From NCBI GenBank assembly GCA_964397565.1, contig CAYNJC010000024.1:2535-66534 (forward strand): DNA of 64,000 nt, read 5' to 3'. This DNA comes from an uncultured bacterium. Its GTDB lineage: Bacteria; Auribacterota; UBA3054; JAPLST01. Positions 38,229 through 46,983 of this stretch are shown piece by piece. The notes below the pieces were generated by a model. It saw nothing but the letters and a program-made list of their open reading frames with translations. It did no database searches and was not told the origin of the DNA. Both the position numbers and the translations under genes were made by a program. The stretch's first letter is position 1; every line of letters begins with the position of its first letter.

Positions 38229-38479
38229 TGCGAAGGGAACGCCGATCCCCGGATCGGCTGAAGGTAGGTGCGATCGCCCGATCGCACCTTCTGCTGGAAG
38301 TCGCGCACATGGACCCGCCGACATATAAGTGGCACGCGCGCGCCGCGTTCCCCTCGGCGCTGACGTAGCGGCGCGGTAAACGTGGCGGAACGTCGATTCT
38401 GACCAAAGAGCGTTCGCGTCCTTAAGTCGACGTGCATGTGCTATCGGCGGGATCAACTATCAATGCATGACCCTACTCC
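38229..38479. repeat. Direct repeat unit B, ending in the left arm of a 27-bp inverted repeat
   Basis: Matches unit A; ends TCAACTATCAATGCATGACCCTACTCC (38453-38479). Confidence 0.9.
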
Positions 38480-38552
38480 GACCCCCAGTAAATAGGCCGA
38501 AAGAGCGCCTTAAGTTAGTGCCATTCATGCATGAACCTGCTCGGCCGGAAAA

Positions 38553-39263
38553 TTACGCGGGAACAATCATACGGATATACATAGTTAGAAGAAATGGACT
38601 AGCAAAGTACACGTAATGTAGAAGTGAAGAAATCCGATTCAGCATTTTGTGGCGGCGCCTAGAACACCACGAATACGTAAAGAGAGAGCAGATCATTGTC
38701 ACAGAATAGAAGAGAAAAAACAAGCAGAAAAATGTGAAGGAATCATGTTGGAATGAAACAGCAATGTACCAAACACACACAACTGGGCTCAGATACACGA
38801 TGGTCAAACAGAACACTATCCAGTCAAGTGGCCCACTCCGTGCTATAGGGCTTATGCTACTAATGAGCAAATTGTCCTTGCTTAATGAGCGTTCTGTCAT
38901 AAGAAAACGATGCACCAAAACGTAGCACGCCATACCAATTGGAAATCCGGGAACAATCCAAAGGAGAATATCACTTACTAGACCGCCAAGGCTAGTGCTC
39001 CCGTGTATATAAGCGTGTTCCCTAGCCCAAATCAATATTACAAAGTAACTTATCATACATGCCAAGAAGCCAGATATGCCACAATTCACCATGCTCAAAC
39101 GCGATGCGATTGTAATGAATATATAGGGCACACAAGCCATTACTGACAGGAGAATACAAAACGCCATGTTATGTGGGTCTCGCTCATAGGTTAAAAGCAC
39201 ATAGAAGAACCATATAGCGAGCCAACATATTACTGCAAACACATACTCTATAATCGTCTTCAT
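38553..39263 (-). CDS. AT-rich hypothetical polytopic membrane protein (horizontally acquired cargo)
   Basis: 236 aa with about 7 hydrophobic helices; GAGGA RBS; base composition far more AT-rich than the flanks. Confidence 0.75.
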   Translation of the reverse strand: MKTIIEYVFAVICWLAIWFFYVLLTYERDPHNMAFCILLSVMACVPYIFITIASRLSMVNCGISGFLACMISYFVILIWAREHAYIHGSTSLGGLVSDILLWIVPGFPIGMACYVLVHRFLMTERSLSKDNLLISSISPIARSGPLDWIVFCLTIVYLSPVVCVWYIAVSFQHDSFTFFCLFFLFYSVTMICSLFTYSWCSRRRHKMLNRISSLLHYVYFASPFLLTMYIRMIVPA

Positions 39264-39283
39264 TTTATAAATTCCTCAGGAGC

Positions 39284-39474
39284 GGATTAGGGTCATGCAA
39301 TGACAGTTGACAGATGTGCAAGCGTTTGCAGATGCCGGCGCAGACGCGCATGGGTGCGCTGTGCTGCTGGCGTTCGCGTTGTGCAAATAGAATTCACGCG
39401 TGCCAGGATTGCCGCGTTTGCTCACGCGGTACCGCATAGCGGGCGCGGAATGTTAATGGTCATTGCATGGCACT
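39284..39474. mobile_element. About 190-bp element with imperfect terminal inverted repeats; its left end is the right arm of the IR around the AT-rich gene
   Basis: AGGGTCATGCAATGACAGTTGACA versus TGTTAATGGTCATTGCATGGCACT (19/24 complementary). Confidence 0.55.
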
Positions 39475-39489
39475 CCATTTGAGGGCTAC

Positions 39490-39620
39490 GGTCGCTGAGG
39501 CCAGCGCCCCTCCCGAAGCAAAGGCCGCTGAGGCCAGCGCCCCTCCCGCAGCAAAGGTCGCTGAGGCCAGCGCCCCTCCCGCAGCAAAGGTCGCTGAGGC
39601 CAGCGACCCTCCCGAAGCAA
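39490..39620. repeat. 4 x 33-bp tandem repeat of a REP-like hairpin
   Basis: Unit GGTCGCTGAGGCCAGCG(C/A)CCCTCCCG(A/C)AGCAAA with hairpin GGTCGCTG-AGGC-CAGCGACC. Confidence 0.92.
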
Positions 39621-39723
39621 CTGGCTCGGAAATTGTCAATGGTACATTGTAAATCGCAAATCAGCATTTGCCTAGCATGGCAGATTGGGTGCGATTCGTC
39701 AAGCCGGGGCTGGCCAGATATGA

Positions 39724-39750
39724 CAAAGGCCGGCGTACGCCGGCCTTTGT
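39724..39750. terminator. Perfect palindrome downstream of the PEP-CTERM gene (probable terminator)
   Basis: CAAAGGCCGGCGT-ACGCCGGCCTTTG. Confidence 0.55.
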
Positions 39751-39775
39751 TGGAGCAGCAGCAGTCGCTACGAAA

Positions 39776-41632
39776 TCACTTGCGGCGCAGCAAACCCAAG
39801 CCGGCCAGCAATGCGAGCAGCATGGCGGGTTCCGGCACCGGCGCGCCCACTTCAATGTACTGATTGCCGGGCACCAAGCTGTAATTCACTTGCGGCGCAG
39901 GGCCATAGCCATTGACATCGCCGTTGATGCCGGGCAACGATTGATTGACAATATTGCTCTGATTCCAATCGAAGAGAATGGCTTGAATGCGGACGGTCGC
40001 ACCGACGATCAGGTTGGAATAAACGAGCGTGTCCAAGTCGAGGTAGCAGTCGAAGCCGGTATTGGCTTCCGGCGGCGTGGCGGCGGTGTTATTGTCGTTG
40101 AACGCGACCACATCGGCAGCGGCGCCATTGACAATCCGCTGGAACGGATTGAAGATGCTGGTCCACTCGGTCTTGGTGCCCCAATACCATTCCTGGTTTT
40201 CGTTGATGTGATAGACATTCACCCAGCAATCGCCGGGGTTGTTGATCGAGAGCAGCACGGCCTTGTCGGGCGTGAAGTCGGTATCGAAGGTCAGCCCGGC
40301 CAGATTCTGCAGCTTGGCGGGTGAACCAGCGGTGATCAGCGGCATGACATTCGAGCCGACCGCATAGTCGGTGTCAATAAATACGCCCAGGGTGCGATCG
40401 CTGGTGCCGGTGGTCATGTTGCCGCACACACCGATGTACAAGCGGCTACCATCGGGATAGGCCATGATGCGCTCGAGTTGCGCGCCGTCGCCCGGCACGG
40501 CCGCGCGGCCCCATTGGCTGGCGGGCGTGTCCTGGACCACATTGGTGTCCGCGCCGGCGAACGCATTGGTAATGTCCAGACCGTTGATGTCCGTGGCAGG
40601 ATACACCTTGACGGTGCCGACAGCGGAGGTCAGGACTTGTCCGCCGGCATCGCTGCCCACCAAGGTGACCGGATACGCGCCGGGCACCAGGTAATTGTAG
40701 TCAAAGGCCGTTACATTGGTGGTGAAGCCATCGCCCATGTTCCATTCGACAGTGTACGGCGGGGTGCCGCCGCTGACCGTAGCGTTGCAGGTCACCGGCC
40801 CGCTTTGCGCAAACAGGGTGTACTTGCTGACCGAGCCGGCGACTTGGATGTTCGTATCAATGCCGGGAATGATGATGGTCATGAATTGATTGCCGGGAAT
40901 GAGGGACGCGTCATGTTGAACGGACGGGCTGCTGATCCAGTAATTGGTGTCGCCGCCGGTGTTCGCCAAGGTCTGATTGTTGGCCCACGTGCCGTCATTG
41001 CCGGTCAGCACGACCATGACATTGACGGTCGGACTGACATTGGCGAGATCGGCATAGGGAATGGCAATTTCAATACCCTCGCTGGCAGTATTGGTCTGCT
41101 CGAGTGCAAGCGCCACCGGCATGAACGCGCCGAGGATGAGGTTGCCATTGGTCGTCACACTACTGGCGTTGGCAATATCGCCCAGGCCGCCCAAGTAGGT
41201 GCGATTATCGGCGACGATATTTTCGAGCGCCGGCCACGCGGAACTGCGGCCACCGGCGACCCGCACCGCAATCAGGCGGTCGGGCGTGAAGTCCGTGTCA
41301 AAAGTCAGGCCGGCCATGCCGGCGGAGATGGCATCGGGCATGGTCAGCCCGCTGGGCATCACATTCGAGCCAGTGCCCGGATTGCCGTCAATGATGAAAC
41401 CGACGGCGTTGCCATCGGCGATGCTGGGAATGCCGACCAAGAGGTGCGTGGCGTTGGTGTCGAGGTAGCAGGCCAAAATGGAATTGTTCTGGCCCCAGGA
41501 GGATTCGACATCCTGGTACGTGACCCAGGGTGCGTTGGCGAAATCGCCGGTGATGTTCTGGCCGTCAATCGTGATGGCCAAGGTGATGAGCGGCAGGTAG
41601 AGACAGAATAGCAGGGTGAGCAACATTTTCAT
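39776..41632 (-). CDS. PEP-CTERM surface protein with two homologous domains flanking a PKD domain
   Basis: Signal peptide; internal repeat GSNVMP..AGLTFDTDFTPD..NQ.L..PGNQ; PKD motif WNMGDG..Y..PGAY; VPEP + TM + RRK. Confidence 0.88.
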   Translation of the reverse strand: MKMLLTLLFCLYLPLITLAITIDGQNITGDFANAPWVTYQDVESSWGQNNSILACYLDTNATHLLVGIPSIADGNAVGFIIDGNPGTGSNVMPSGLTMPDAISAGMAGLTFDTDFTPDRLIAVRVAGGRSSAWPALENIVADNRTYLGGLGDIANASSVTTNGNLILGAFMPVALALEQTNTASEGIEIAIPYADLANVSPTVNVMVVLTGNDGTWANNQTLANTGGDTNYWISSPSVQHDASLIPGNQFMTIIIPGIDTNIQVAGSVSKYTLFAQSGPVTCNATVSGGTPPYTVEWNMGDGFTTNVTAFDYNYLVPGAYPVTLVGSDAGGQVLTSAVGTVKVYPATDINGLDITNAFAGADTNVVQDTPASQWGRAAVPGDGAQLERIMAYPDGSRLYIGVCGNMTTGTSDRTLGVFIDTDYAVGSNVMPLITAGSPAKLQNLAGLTFDTDFTPDKAVLLSINNPGDCWVNVYHINENQEWYWGTKTEWTSIFNPFQRIVNGAAADVVAFNDNNTAATPPEANTGFDCYLDLDTLVYSNLIVGATVRIQAILFDWNQSNIVNQSLPGINGDVNGYGPAPQVNYSLVPGNQYIEVGAPVPEPAMLLALLAGLGLLRRK

Positions 41633-41714
41633 GACGATCCTCATGCGCGAGTGATTATCCGAGGCCCGTGCCGGGCAGCCCGACACCGCAAAAGCCTCTA
41701 TTCGTAACGTTATC

Positions 41715-41743
41715 AGTATAGCATATTGCGCCACCAAATGCAA
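41715..41743 (-). promoter_or_regulatory. Promoter TTGCAT-N17-TATACT with extended -10
   Basis: ATGCTATACT upstream of the PEP-CTERM/PKD gene. Confidence 0.65.
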
Positions 41744-41806
41744 GTGGGCAGCATGCCGACGGTGGCAGGCAGCGCGTCGGTGCGGCGGGGGTTAGGGTTC
41801 AGGAGA

Positions 41807-41885
41807 AATGATGAATGATGAGTGATGAATGATGAGTGTTCAGCACGCAGCATTCATTGTGTTTCAGTTCATGATTCATCATTCG
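41807..41885. repeat. Inverted heptamer repeat tracts (ATGATGA/TCATCAT)
   Basis: aatgatg aatgatg agtgatg aatgatg ... ttcatga ttcatca ttc. Confidence 0.65.
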
Positions 41886-42036
41886 GAGTTTAGGGGGAAG
41901 ATGCAGCGGAATGGCCAATAGTACTTTTTTCGCAACGAAACATATTATGGTGCAGCAGTTAATTAATTTGTTCGGCGCGAACAGATTATTGGATTGCGTC
42001 AAGCAATTCTTTGCGCAGAAGAGCAGGCGTGACCGA

Positions 42037-42873
42037 TCAGCACAATGGAATATGCTGCGCGGTGCAGACGGCTTTCAAGGCCGTGACCGCCGTGGCAAAC
42101 AAGGCCGGGCCAGTGAAGCCCTGGAACTGGCCGGCGACCGACAAATGCGGTTCGAGCGAGAGATAGCCGCGATAGCCGCTGGCATAGGCGTCGCGGAGGA
42201 TTTCAGGGATATGACCGTCGCCCTGGCCGGCCGGCACAATGGTGCCGTCCGCCATCCGGGCGTCCTTGATGTGCAGATGGACCACAAAGGGCTTGAGCAG
42301 CTGCCACGCCGGCCACGGGTCGTCCTTGGCCACCACAAAATTGGCAAAATCAAACACCGCCTTCAATTTGGGTGAAGCAATGGTCTGCAGCAGATCCAGG
42401 CATTCGGCCGGATGCTCGCCGAAAATGTTGGCCTCGTTTTCGTGCACGAGGACGGGCGTGTACGCGGCGGCATACTCAACTTTGGCGCGCATACGGCGCA
42501 TGACTTCGTCACGATGCTTGGTGATCAAATCGCGGTGTGATTCGCCGCGGGCGGGATAGTAGCTGAAAATGCGCACAAAGGGCGCGGCGAAGAATTCGGC
42601 CAGCGCAAGCGCATGTTTGAAGCGCTCGAAGTGCGGCGCGAACGGCTCGTCAATGCGAATTTTGCCGATCGGTGAGCCGATGCTGACGACGGACATGCCG
42701 TTGGCGGCCAGCGCATCTTTTATGCGCGACCGCAATGCGTCATCGAAATCCAGCACATTTATTTCATCAACGCCGCGTAGTTCAATGGCGCGCACGCCGT
42801 TATTCAGACAGTGTTCAATCTGGGCGTCGAGCGCGGGGGCGATCTCGTCGGCGAAAGCGGCTAGGCGGAGCAC
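42037..42873 (-). CDS. Sugar phosphate isomerase/epimerase (xylose-isomerase-like TIM barrel)
   Basis: FADEI, IGSPIGK, HENE, FDFANF, HIKD and LEPH metal ligands. Confidence 0.9.
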   Translation of the reverse strand: MLRLAAFADEIAPALDAQIEHCLNNGVRAIELRGVDEINVLDFDDALRSRIKDALAANGMSVVSIGSPIGKIRIDEPFAPHFERFKHALALAEFFAAPFVRIFSYYPARGESHRDLITKHRDEVMRRMRAKVEYAAAYTPVLVHENEANIFGEHPAECLDLLQTIASPKLKAVFDFANFVVAKDDPWPAWQLLKPFVVHLHIKDARMADGTIVPAGQGDGHIPEILRDAYASGYRGYLSLEPHLSVAGQFQGFTGPALFATAVTALKAVCTAQHIPLC

Positions 42874-43634
42874 AAGGTTGTGGTGATATAGTTGAAGCTC
42901 TTCTTGAGCGAATCGAACGGGTCACCCGGGCAGGTATCCTGTTCGACACAGAACCATTGGCAGCCGGAGTTTTCGGCGGCGGTGATGATGCGTTGCCAAT
43001 CGAGATTGCCACAGCCAATCTCGGCGAAAGAGATTTTGTTTTCGCGGGTGATCACGAAATCTTTCATGTGCAGAATTGGCAACCGATTGTGTAAATACGT
43101 GCACCAAGCCACCGGGTCGCCGCCGCCATATTGCACCCAATACGTGTCGGGCTCGCCTTGCAGGTAACGCGGATCAGTTTCCTCGAAGATGACTTGCAGC
43201 GCGGGCTTGCCGCCGACACGTTTGAACTCGATGTGATGGTTGTGATAGCACAAGACGCAGCCGTTGTCATACAGCACTTTGCCGGCCGCGTTCAGTTTCT
43301 TGGCCAGTTCCTTCACGTTTTCAAGCGTGTCGCAGGGATAGCCGCCGGGATACGGATACGCGGTAATGGTGCAGCCATAGGCCTTCAGGAGTTTGACCAC
43401 GGCGAGCGGCTCATTGAGAATCAGGTTGCTGTCCTCATGCGTGGCGCAGCAGACCAGGCCGGTATCGTTAAGCATGCCGACCAGCGTGGCCGGTTCGATC
43501 GGACCCAGGCCGCTCAATTGCACGGCCTGGTAGCCAATGTTTTTGAGCTTCTTGAGGGAGGCGGCGATAGCCGCCGGCGTGGTGAGAAAATCGCGGACGG
43601 TGTACAACTGGGCGGCAATGTGGGGTGTTTTCAT
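42861..43634 (-). CDS. Sugar phosphate isomerase/epimerase (IolE-like TIM barrel)
   Basis: QLYTVRD, YHNH..EF, DTYWVQ.GG, HMKD and VEQD. Confidence 0.9.
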   Translation of the reverse strand: MKTPHIAAQLYTVRDFLTTPAAIAASLKKLKNIGYQAVQLSGLGPIEPATLVGMLNDTGLVCCATHEDSNLILNEPLAVVKLLKAYGCTITAYPYPGGYPCDTLENVKELAKKLNAAGKVLYDNGCVLCYHNHHIEFKRVGGKPALQVIFEETDPRYLQGEPDTYWVQYGGGDPVAWCTYLHNRLPILHMKDFVITRENKISFAEIGCGNLDWQRIITAAENSGCQWFCVEQDTCPGDPFDSLKKSFNYITTTLCSA

Positions 43635-43688
43635 TACAGAATAAGGTCTAAGGTTTTAGGTTTTAGGTTTTGGGAGTCAGCAAAGAAA

Positions 43689-44846
43689 TCAGGCTTTGTT
43701 GAAGGAGGTGGACAAGTCTGCGGCCGGGCCTTTTGGCGCGGTGGCTTTAGTGCATTTCGAGGTGGCAATCAGCTCCTGCAATGTTCTGGCATACGCGGCG
43801 GCATCCAGCGGCAGCGTGACCGTGCGGTCGGTCAAGGCCGAGTAGAGCATGGCGTTGGCGAGCGTGACCGAGTGGATGCCTTCCTCGGCCGGGGCAATCA
43901 ACGGCGAGCCATCCAGAATCGCATTGACAAAGTTCTGCAGAATCTCGACATGCTGGCCACCGCAGTCGTGGGCGGGGATATGCACCTGCCAGACTTCCGG
44001 GGTGCTGAACAGGCCGGGGTCGTGCATGCAGAACATCTTGACCGACGAGACCGTGCGATGGAAAGTGACCGTGCCGTTTTCGATCACGACTTTGCCGCGG
44101 TCGCCGGAGATTTCAAGGCGATTGGTGCCGGGCACCTCGCCGGTGGTGGTGACGAACACGCCGGTGGCGCCATTGGCATATTCAAGATAGGCGGTCACAT
44201 CATCTTCAACTTCGATGCGGTGATACTTGCCGAAAGAGCAATGCGCACGCACCGTGGCGGGCATGCCGCACAGCCACTGCAGCAGATCGAGGTTATGCGG
44301 GCATTGATTCAGCAGGACGCCGCCGCCTTCGCCGCCCCAGGTAGCGCGCCAAGCGGAGGAGTTGTAATAGGACTGGGTGCGGAACCAATTGGTGATCAGC
44401 CAATTGACGCGGCGCAGTTCGCCGAGCTCGCCCTGCTGGATCAGCGCGCGCACTTTGGCGTAATGCGGATCGGTGCGCTGGTTGAACATGGCGGCGAAGA
44501 CTTGCGTGGCATTCGTGTGGGCGGCGATCAATCTCTGCGCATCGGCGACATGCACGGAAATAGGTTTCTCGACCAGCACATGCAGACCATTTTGCAGCGC
44601 ATCAATGCCGATGGTGGTGTGCGCGTAATGCGGTGTGACGACGAGCAGCGCGTCGACCAAGCCGGAGCGGATCAGCGCGGCGCTGTCGGTGAAGTGGGGG
44701 AGATCAGGATAGTGTTCGAGCGTGGCCGGATCGAGGTCGCAGACTGCGGTCACGCGGACGCGCTGGACTTTATTCTCCAGCAGATTGCGCAGATGGAAGG
44801 TGCCCATCGCGCCGAGGCCGATGACACCGAGACGAACAGTATTCAT
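43689..44846 (-). CDS. Gfo/Idh/MocA family NAD-dependent oxidoreductase
   Basis: GVIGLGAMG, TPH..H, HVLVEKP and GGGVLLNQCPHNLD. Start set at MNTVR. Confidence 0.92.
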   Translation of the reverse strand: MNTVRLGVIGLGAMGTFHLRNLLENKVQRVRVTAVCDLDPATLEHYPDLPHFTDSAALIRSGLVDALLVVTPHYAHTTIGIDALQNGLHVLVEKPISVHVADAQRLIAAHTNATQVFAAMFNQRTDPHYAKVRALIQQGELGELRRVNWLITNWFRTQSYYNSSAWRATWGGEGGGVLLNQCPHNLDLLQWLCGMPATVRAHCSFGKYHRIEVEDDVTAYLEYANGATGVFVTTTGEVPGTNRLEISGDRGKVVIENGTVTFHRTVSSVKMFCMHDPGLFSTPEVWQVHIPAHDCGGQHVEILQNFVNAILDGSPLIAPAEEGIHSVTLANAMLYSALTDRTVTLPLDAAAYARTLQELIATSKCTKATAPKGPAADLSTSFNKA

Positions 44847-44877
44847 GCGAGCGGGGGCACGAGCCAACCGTGCCGGT

Positions 44878-45657
44878 TCAGCGGACGATGCCGCGTTCAC
44901 TGCGGTCAATAAAGTCGGCCATTTGGAGCGCGGGCGGGCAGGCGGCCAGTTCGGCGCGAATGCGGACGACGGCCTCGCGCGCCTTGAGCTGCTGGCGGAA
45001 GATCAGGCGATAGGCTTCCTTGATGGCGGTGACGGTTGTGTCATCCATGCCCATGCGTTTCAGTTTGACGAGATTGAGACCGACACTGGCGGCCGGATTG
45101 CCGTCAGCAATGCAAAACGGGACAATGTCTTGCACGATCTTGGTGCAGGCGCCGACCATCGCCATCTGGCCAATCCGGCAAAACTGGTGCACGCCGGCCA
45201 TGCCACCCAGGATGGCGTGATCCTCGATGGTGACATCGCCGGCCAAGGTTGCCAGGTTCGACATGATGACATGATTGCCGATGACGCACTTGTGGGCGAT
45301 GTGGCAATAGGCCATGATCAGATTGTGGTCGCCGATTTCGGTGGCGTCACCGTCATTGGTGGCGGTGTTGATCGTGACGAATTCGCGAAACACATTGTGA
45401 TGCCCGATACGCAGATAGCAGGTACCGCCGGTGAATTTGAGGTCCTGCGTTTTTTGGCCGAGCGAGGCCATCGGGAAAATCTCACAGTGTTCGCCGATGG
45501 TCGTATGGCCGTCAATGACGGCATGCGCCATGATGCGCGTGCCGGCGCCGATCCGCACGTGCGGGCCGATGACGACGAACGGCCCGACCTCGACATCGGG
45601 CGCGAGTTCGGCCTGCGGCGCAATAACCGCGCTGGAATGCACCGAGGCCATGGTCAA
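44878..45657 (-). CDS. lpxA: Acyl-ACP--UDP-N-acetylglucosamine O-acyltransferase
   Basis: QDLKF, REFVTIN, HIAHKC and VHQFCRIG; follows fabZ. Confidence 0.95.
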   Translation of the reverse strand: MTMASVHSSAVIAPQAELAPDVEVGPFVVIGPHVRIGAGTRIMAHAVIDGHTTIGEHCEIFPMASLGQKTQDLKFTGGTCYLRIGHHNVFREFVTINTATNDGDATEIGDHNLIMAYCHIAHKCVIGNHVIMSNLATLAGDVTIEDHAILGGMAGVHQFCRIGQMAMVGACTKIVQDIVPFCIADGNPAASVGLNLVKLKRMGMDDTTVTAIKEAYRLIFRQQLKAREAVVRIRAELAACPPALQMADFIDRSERGIVR

Positions 45658-46118
45658 ACCTGCGCGGGTGGGTCGGCGATGGCGAACGCGACGACGGCTT
45701 CCGAGACGACCGTGCCGTTGACGCTGGCGACGGCTTTGGCTTTGCCGGTGGTGCTGCGCATGCGGATCATATCCACGCGCAAGACCAATTGGTCACCGGG
45801 CACGACCGGTTTGCGGAATTTGACTTGGTCAATCGTCATGAAGAACGGAATTTTACCTTTGTAGGCGGGATTGGACAGGACGACGATGGCGGCGGCCTGG
45901 GCCATGGCTTCGACAATCAAGACGCCGGGCATGACCGGCGAACCAGGGAAATGGCCGGCGAAGAACCATTCGTTGATGGTCACGTTCTTGGTGGCGATGA
46001 CATACGTGGCGCAGTCGGTTTCGTCGATTTTGTCAATCAGCAGAAAGGGCGGACGGTGCGGAAGGATGTTCTGAATCTGACAGATATCGAAGGTGCGTTT
46101 CTCGTGGGCGGTGTGCAT
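45654..46118 (-). CDS. fabZ: 3-hydroxyacyl-ACP dehydratase
   Basis: LPHRPPFLLID, FAGHFP and PGVLIVEAMAQ. Confidence 0.96.
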   Translation of the reverse strand: MHTAHEKRTFDICQIQNILPHRPPFLLIDKIDETDCATYVIATKNVTINEWFFAGHFPGSPVMPGVLIVEAMAQAAAIVVLSNPAYKGKIPFFMTIDQVKFRKPVVPGDQLVLRVDMIRMRSTTGKAKAVASVNGTVVSEAVVAFAIADPPAQV

Positions 46119-46123
46119 GGCAA

Positions 46124-46981
46124 CTACTGTTCGCGTGAAGGTGAGGCAATGCCGGCCGCGGCGCACAATGCGCGGGCCAAGGCAACATTCAAGGTATGGC
46201 CAGAGCGAATCGAGATGACATGGGCGCGCACACGCCGGCCGGTCAAGGTCAGATCGCCGATCAAGTCCATGATTTTGTGGCGCACAAATTCGTCGGGATA
46301 GCGCAGGCCGTCCTTGGTGAGGATGGCTTGGTCGGTGATGACGATGGCGTTATCCAGACTGCCGCCTTTGATCAGGCCGGCGTTCAGCAATTGTTCGAGT
46401 TCGCTGTAGAGCGCAAAGGTGCGTGCCGGCGCGAGTTCGTTGACGAACGTGGCCGCAGTGATGGGGAACTCGCGGAACTGCGGCTTGATCGCCGGATGAT
46501 TGTAACTGAGCGTGTACGAAATGCGGAAATCATCTGCGGGCAGGGCACAGAGGGCCATACCGCTGGCCTCGACGGCGAGCGGCGCAGTGATGGACAGGAA
46601 CGGTTGGTCGGCGTCCTGCTCGACGCGGCCGGCTGCCTGCAGAATTTTGACAAACGGGCGGGCCGAGCCATCTGTCAGTGGTGTTTCGGGCGCATTCACT
46701 TCTACGATGACATTATCCAGGCCGAGACACTGAATCGAGGCGAGAATATGCTCGACCGTTTGGACAATGGCGGGGCCGACGCCGAGGGTTGTGCTGCGCT
46801 GCGTGTCCATGACACTGGCGATGTGGGCCGGAATTTCGGGCTTGTCCGGCAAGTCCACGCGGCGGAAACGGACGCCGGTGTTAACGTCGGCCGGCACGAA
46901 GCGCAGGGTCGTGATGCGGCCGGTGTGCAGACCAATCCCGGCCAAGGCCTGGGGGGTTGCTATCGTCGCCTGGCGGGCCAT
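46124..46981 (-). CDS. lpxC: UDP-3-O-acyl-N-acetylglucosamine deacetylase
   Basis: GIGLHTG, TVEH, DGSA, APARTF, GGSLDNA and RHKIMDLIGD. Confidence 0.96.
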   Translation of the reverse strand: MARQATIATPQALAGIGLHTGRITTLRFVPADVNTGVRFRRVDLPDKPEIPAHIASVMDTQRSTTLGVGPAIVQTVEHILASIQCLGLDNVIVEVNAPETPLTDGSARPFVKILQAAGRVEQDADQPFLSITAPLAVEASGMALCALPADDFRISYTLSYNHPAIKPQFREFPITAATFVNELAPARTFALYSELEQLLNAGLIKGGSLDNAIVITDQAILTKDGLRYPDEFVRHKIMDLIGDLTLTGRRVRAHVISIRSGHTLNVALARALCAAAGIASPSREQ

Positions 46982-46983
46982 GA

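Noticed and set aside
37688-38456. Short ORFs in the duplicated units (MIPPIAH..., M.VDLRTRTLF...)
   Set aside because: Frames are not preserved across the variable middle and there is no clear RBS. The FWQ resemblance to RAYT motifs is too weak to call.
37658-39474. Classical integron attC cassette array
   Set aside because: No RYYYAAC...GTTRRRY boxes with attC spacing and no IntI gene; the sites flank the cargo as inverted, not direct, repeats.
39490-39620. Possible CRISPR array
   Set aside because: Units are contiguous 33-bp near-identical repeats with no unique spacers, and no cas genes are present.
45654-46981. LpxC-FabZ fusion split by a sequencing error
   Set aside because: lpxC ends with a normal stop and fabZ has its own ATG 5 nt later; separate genes are common.
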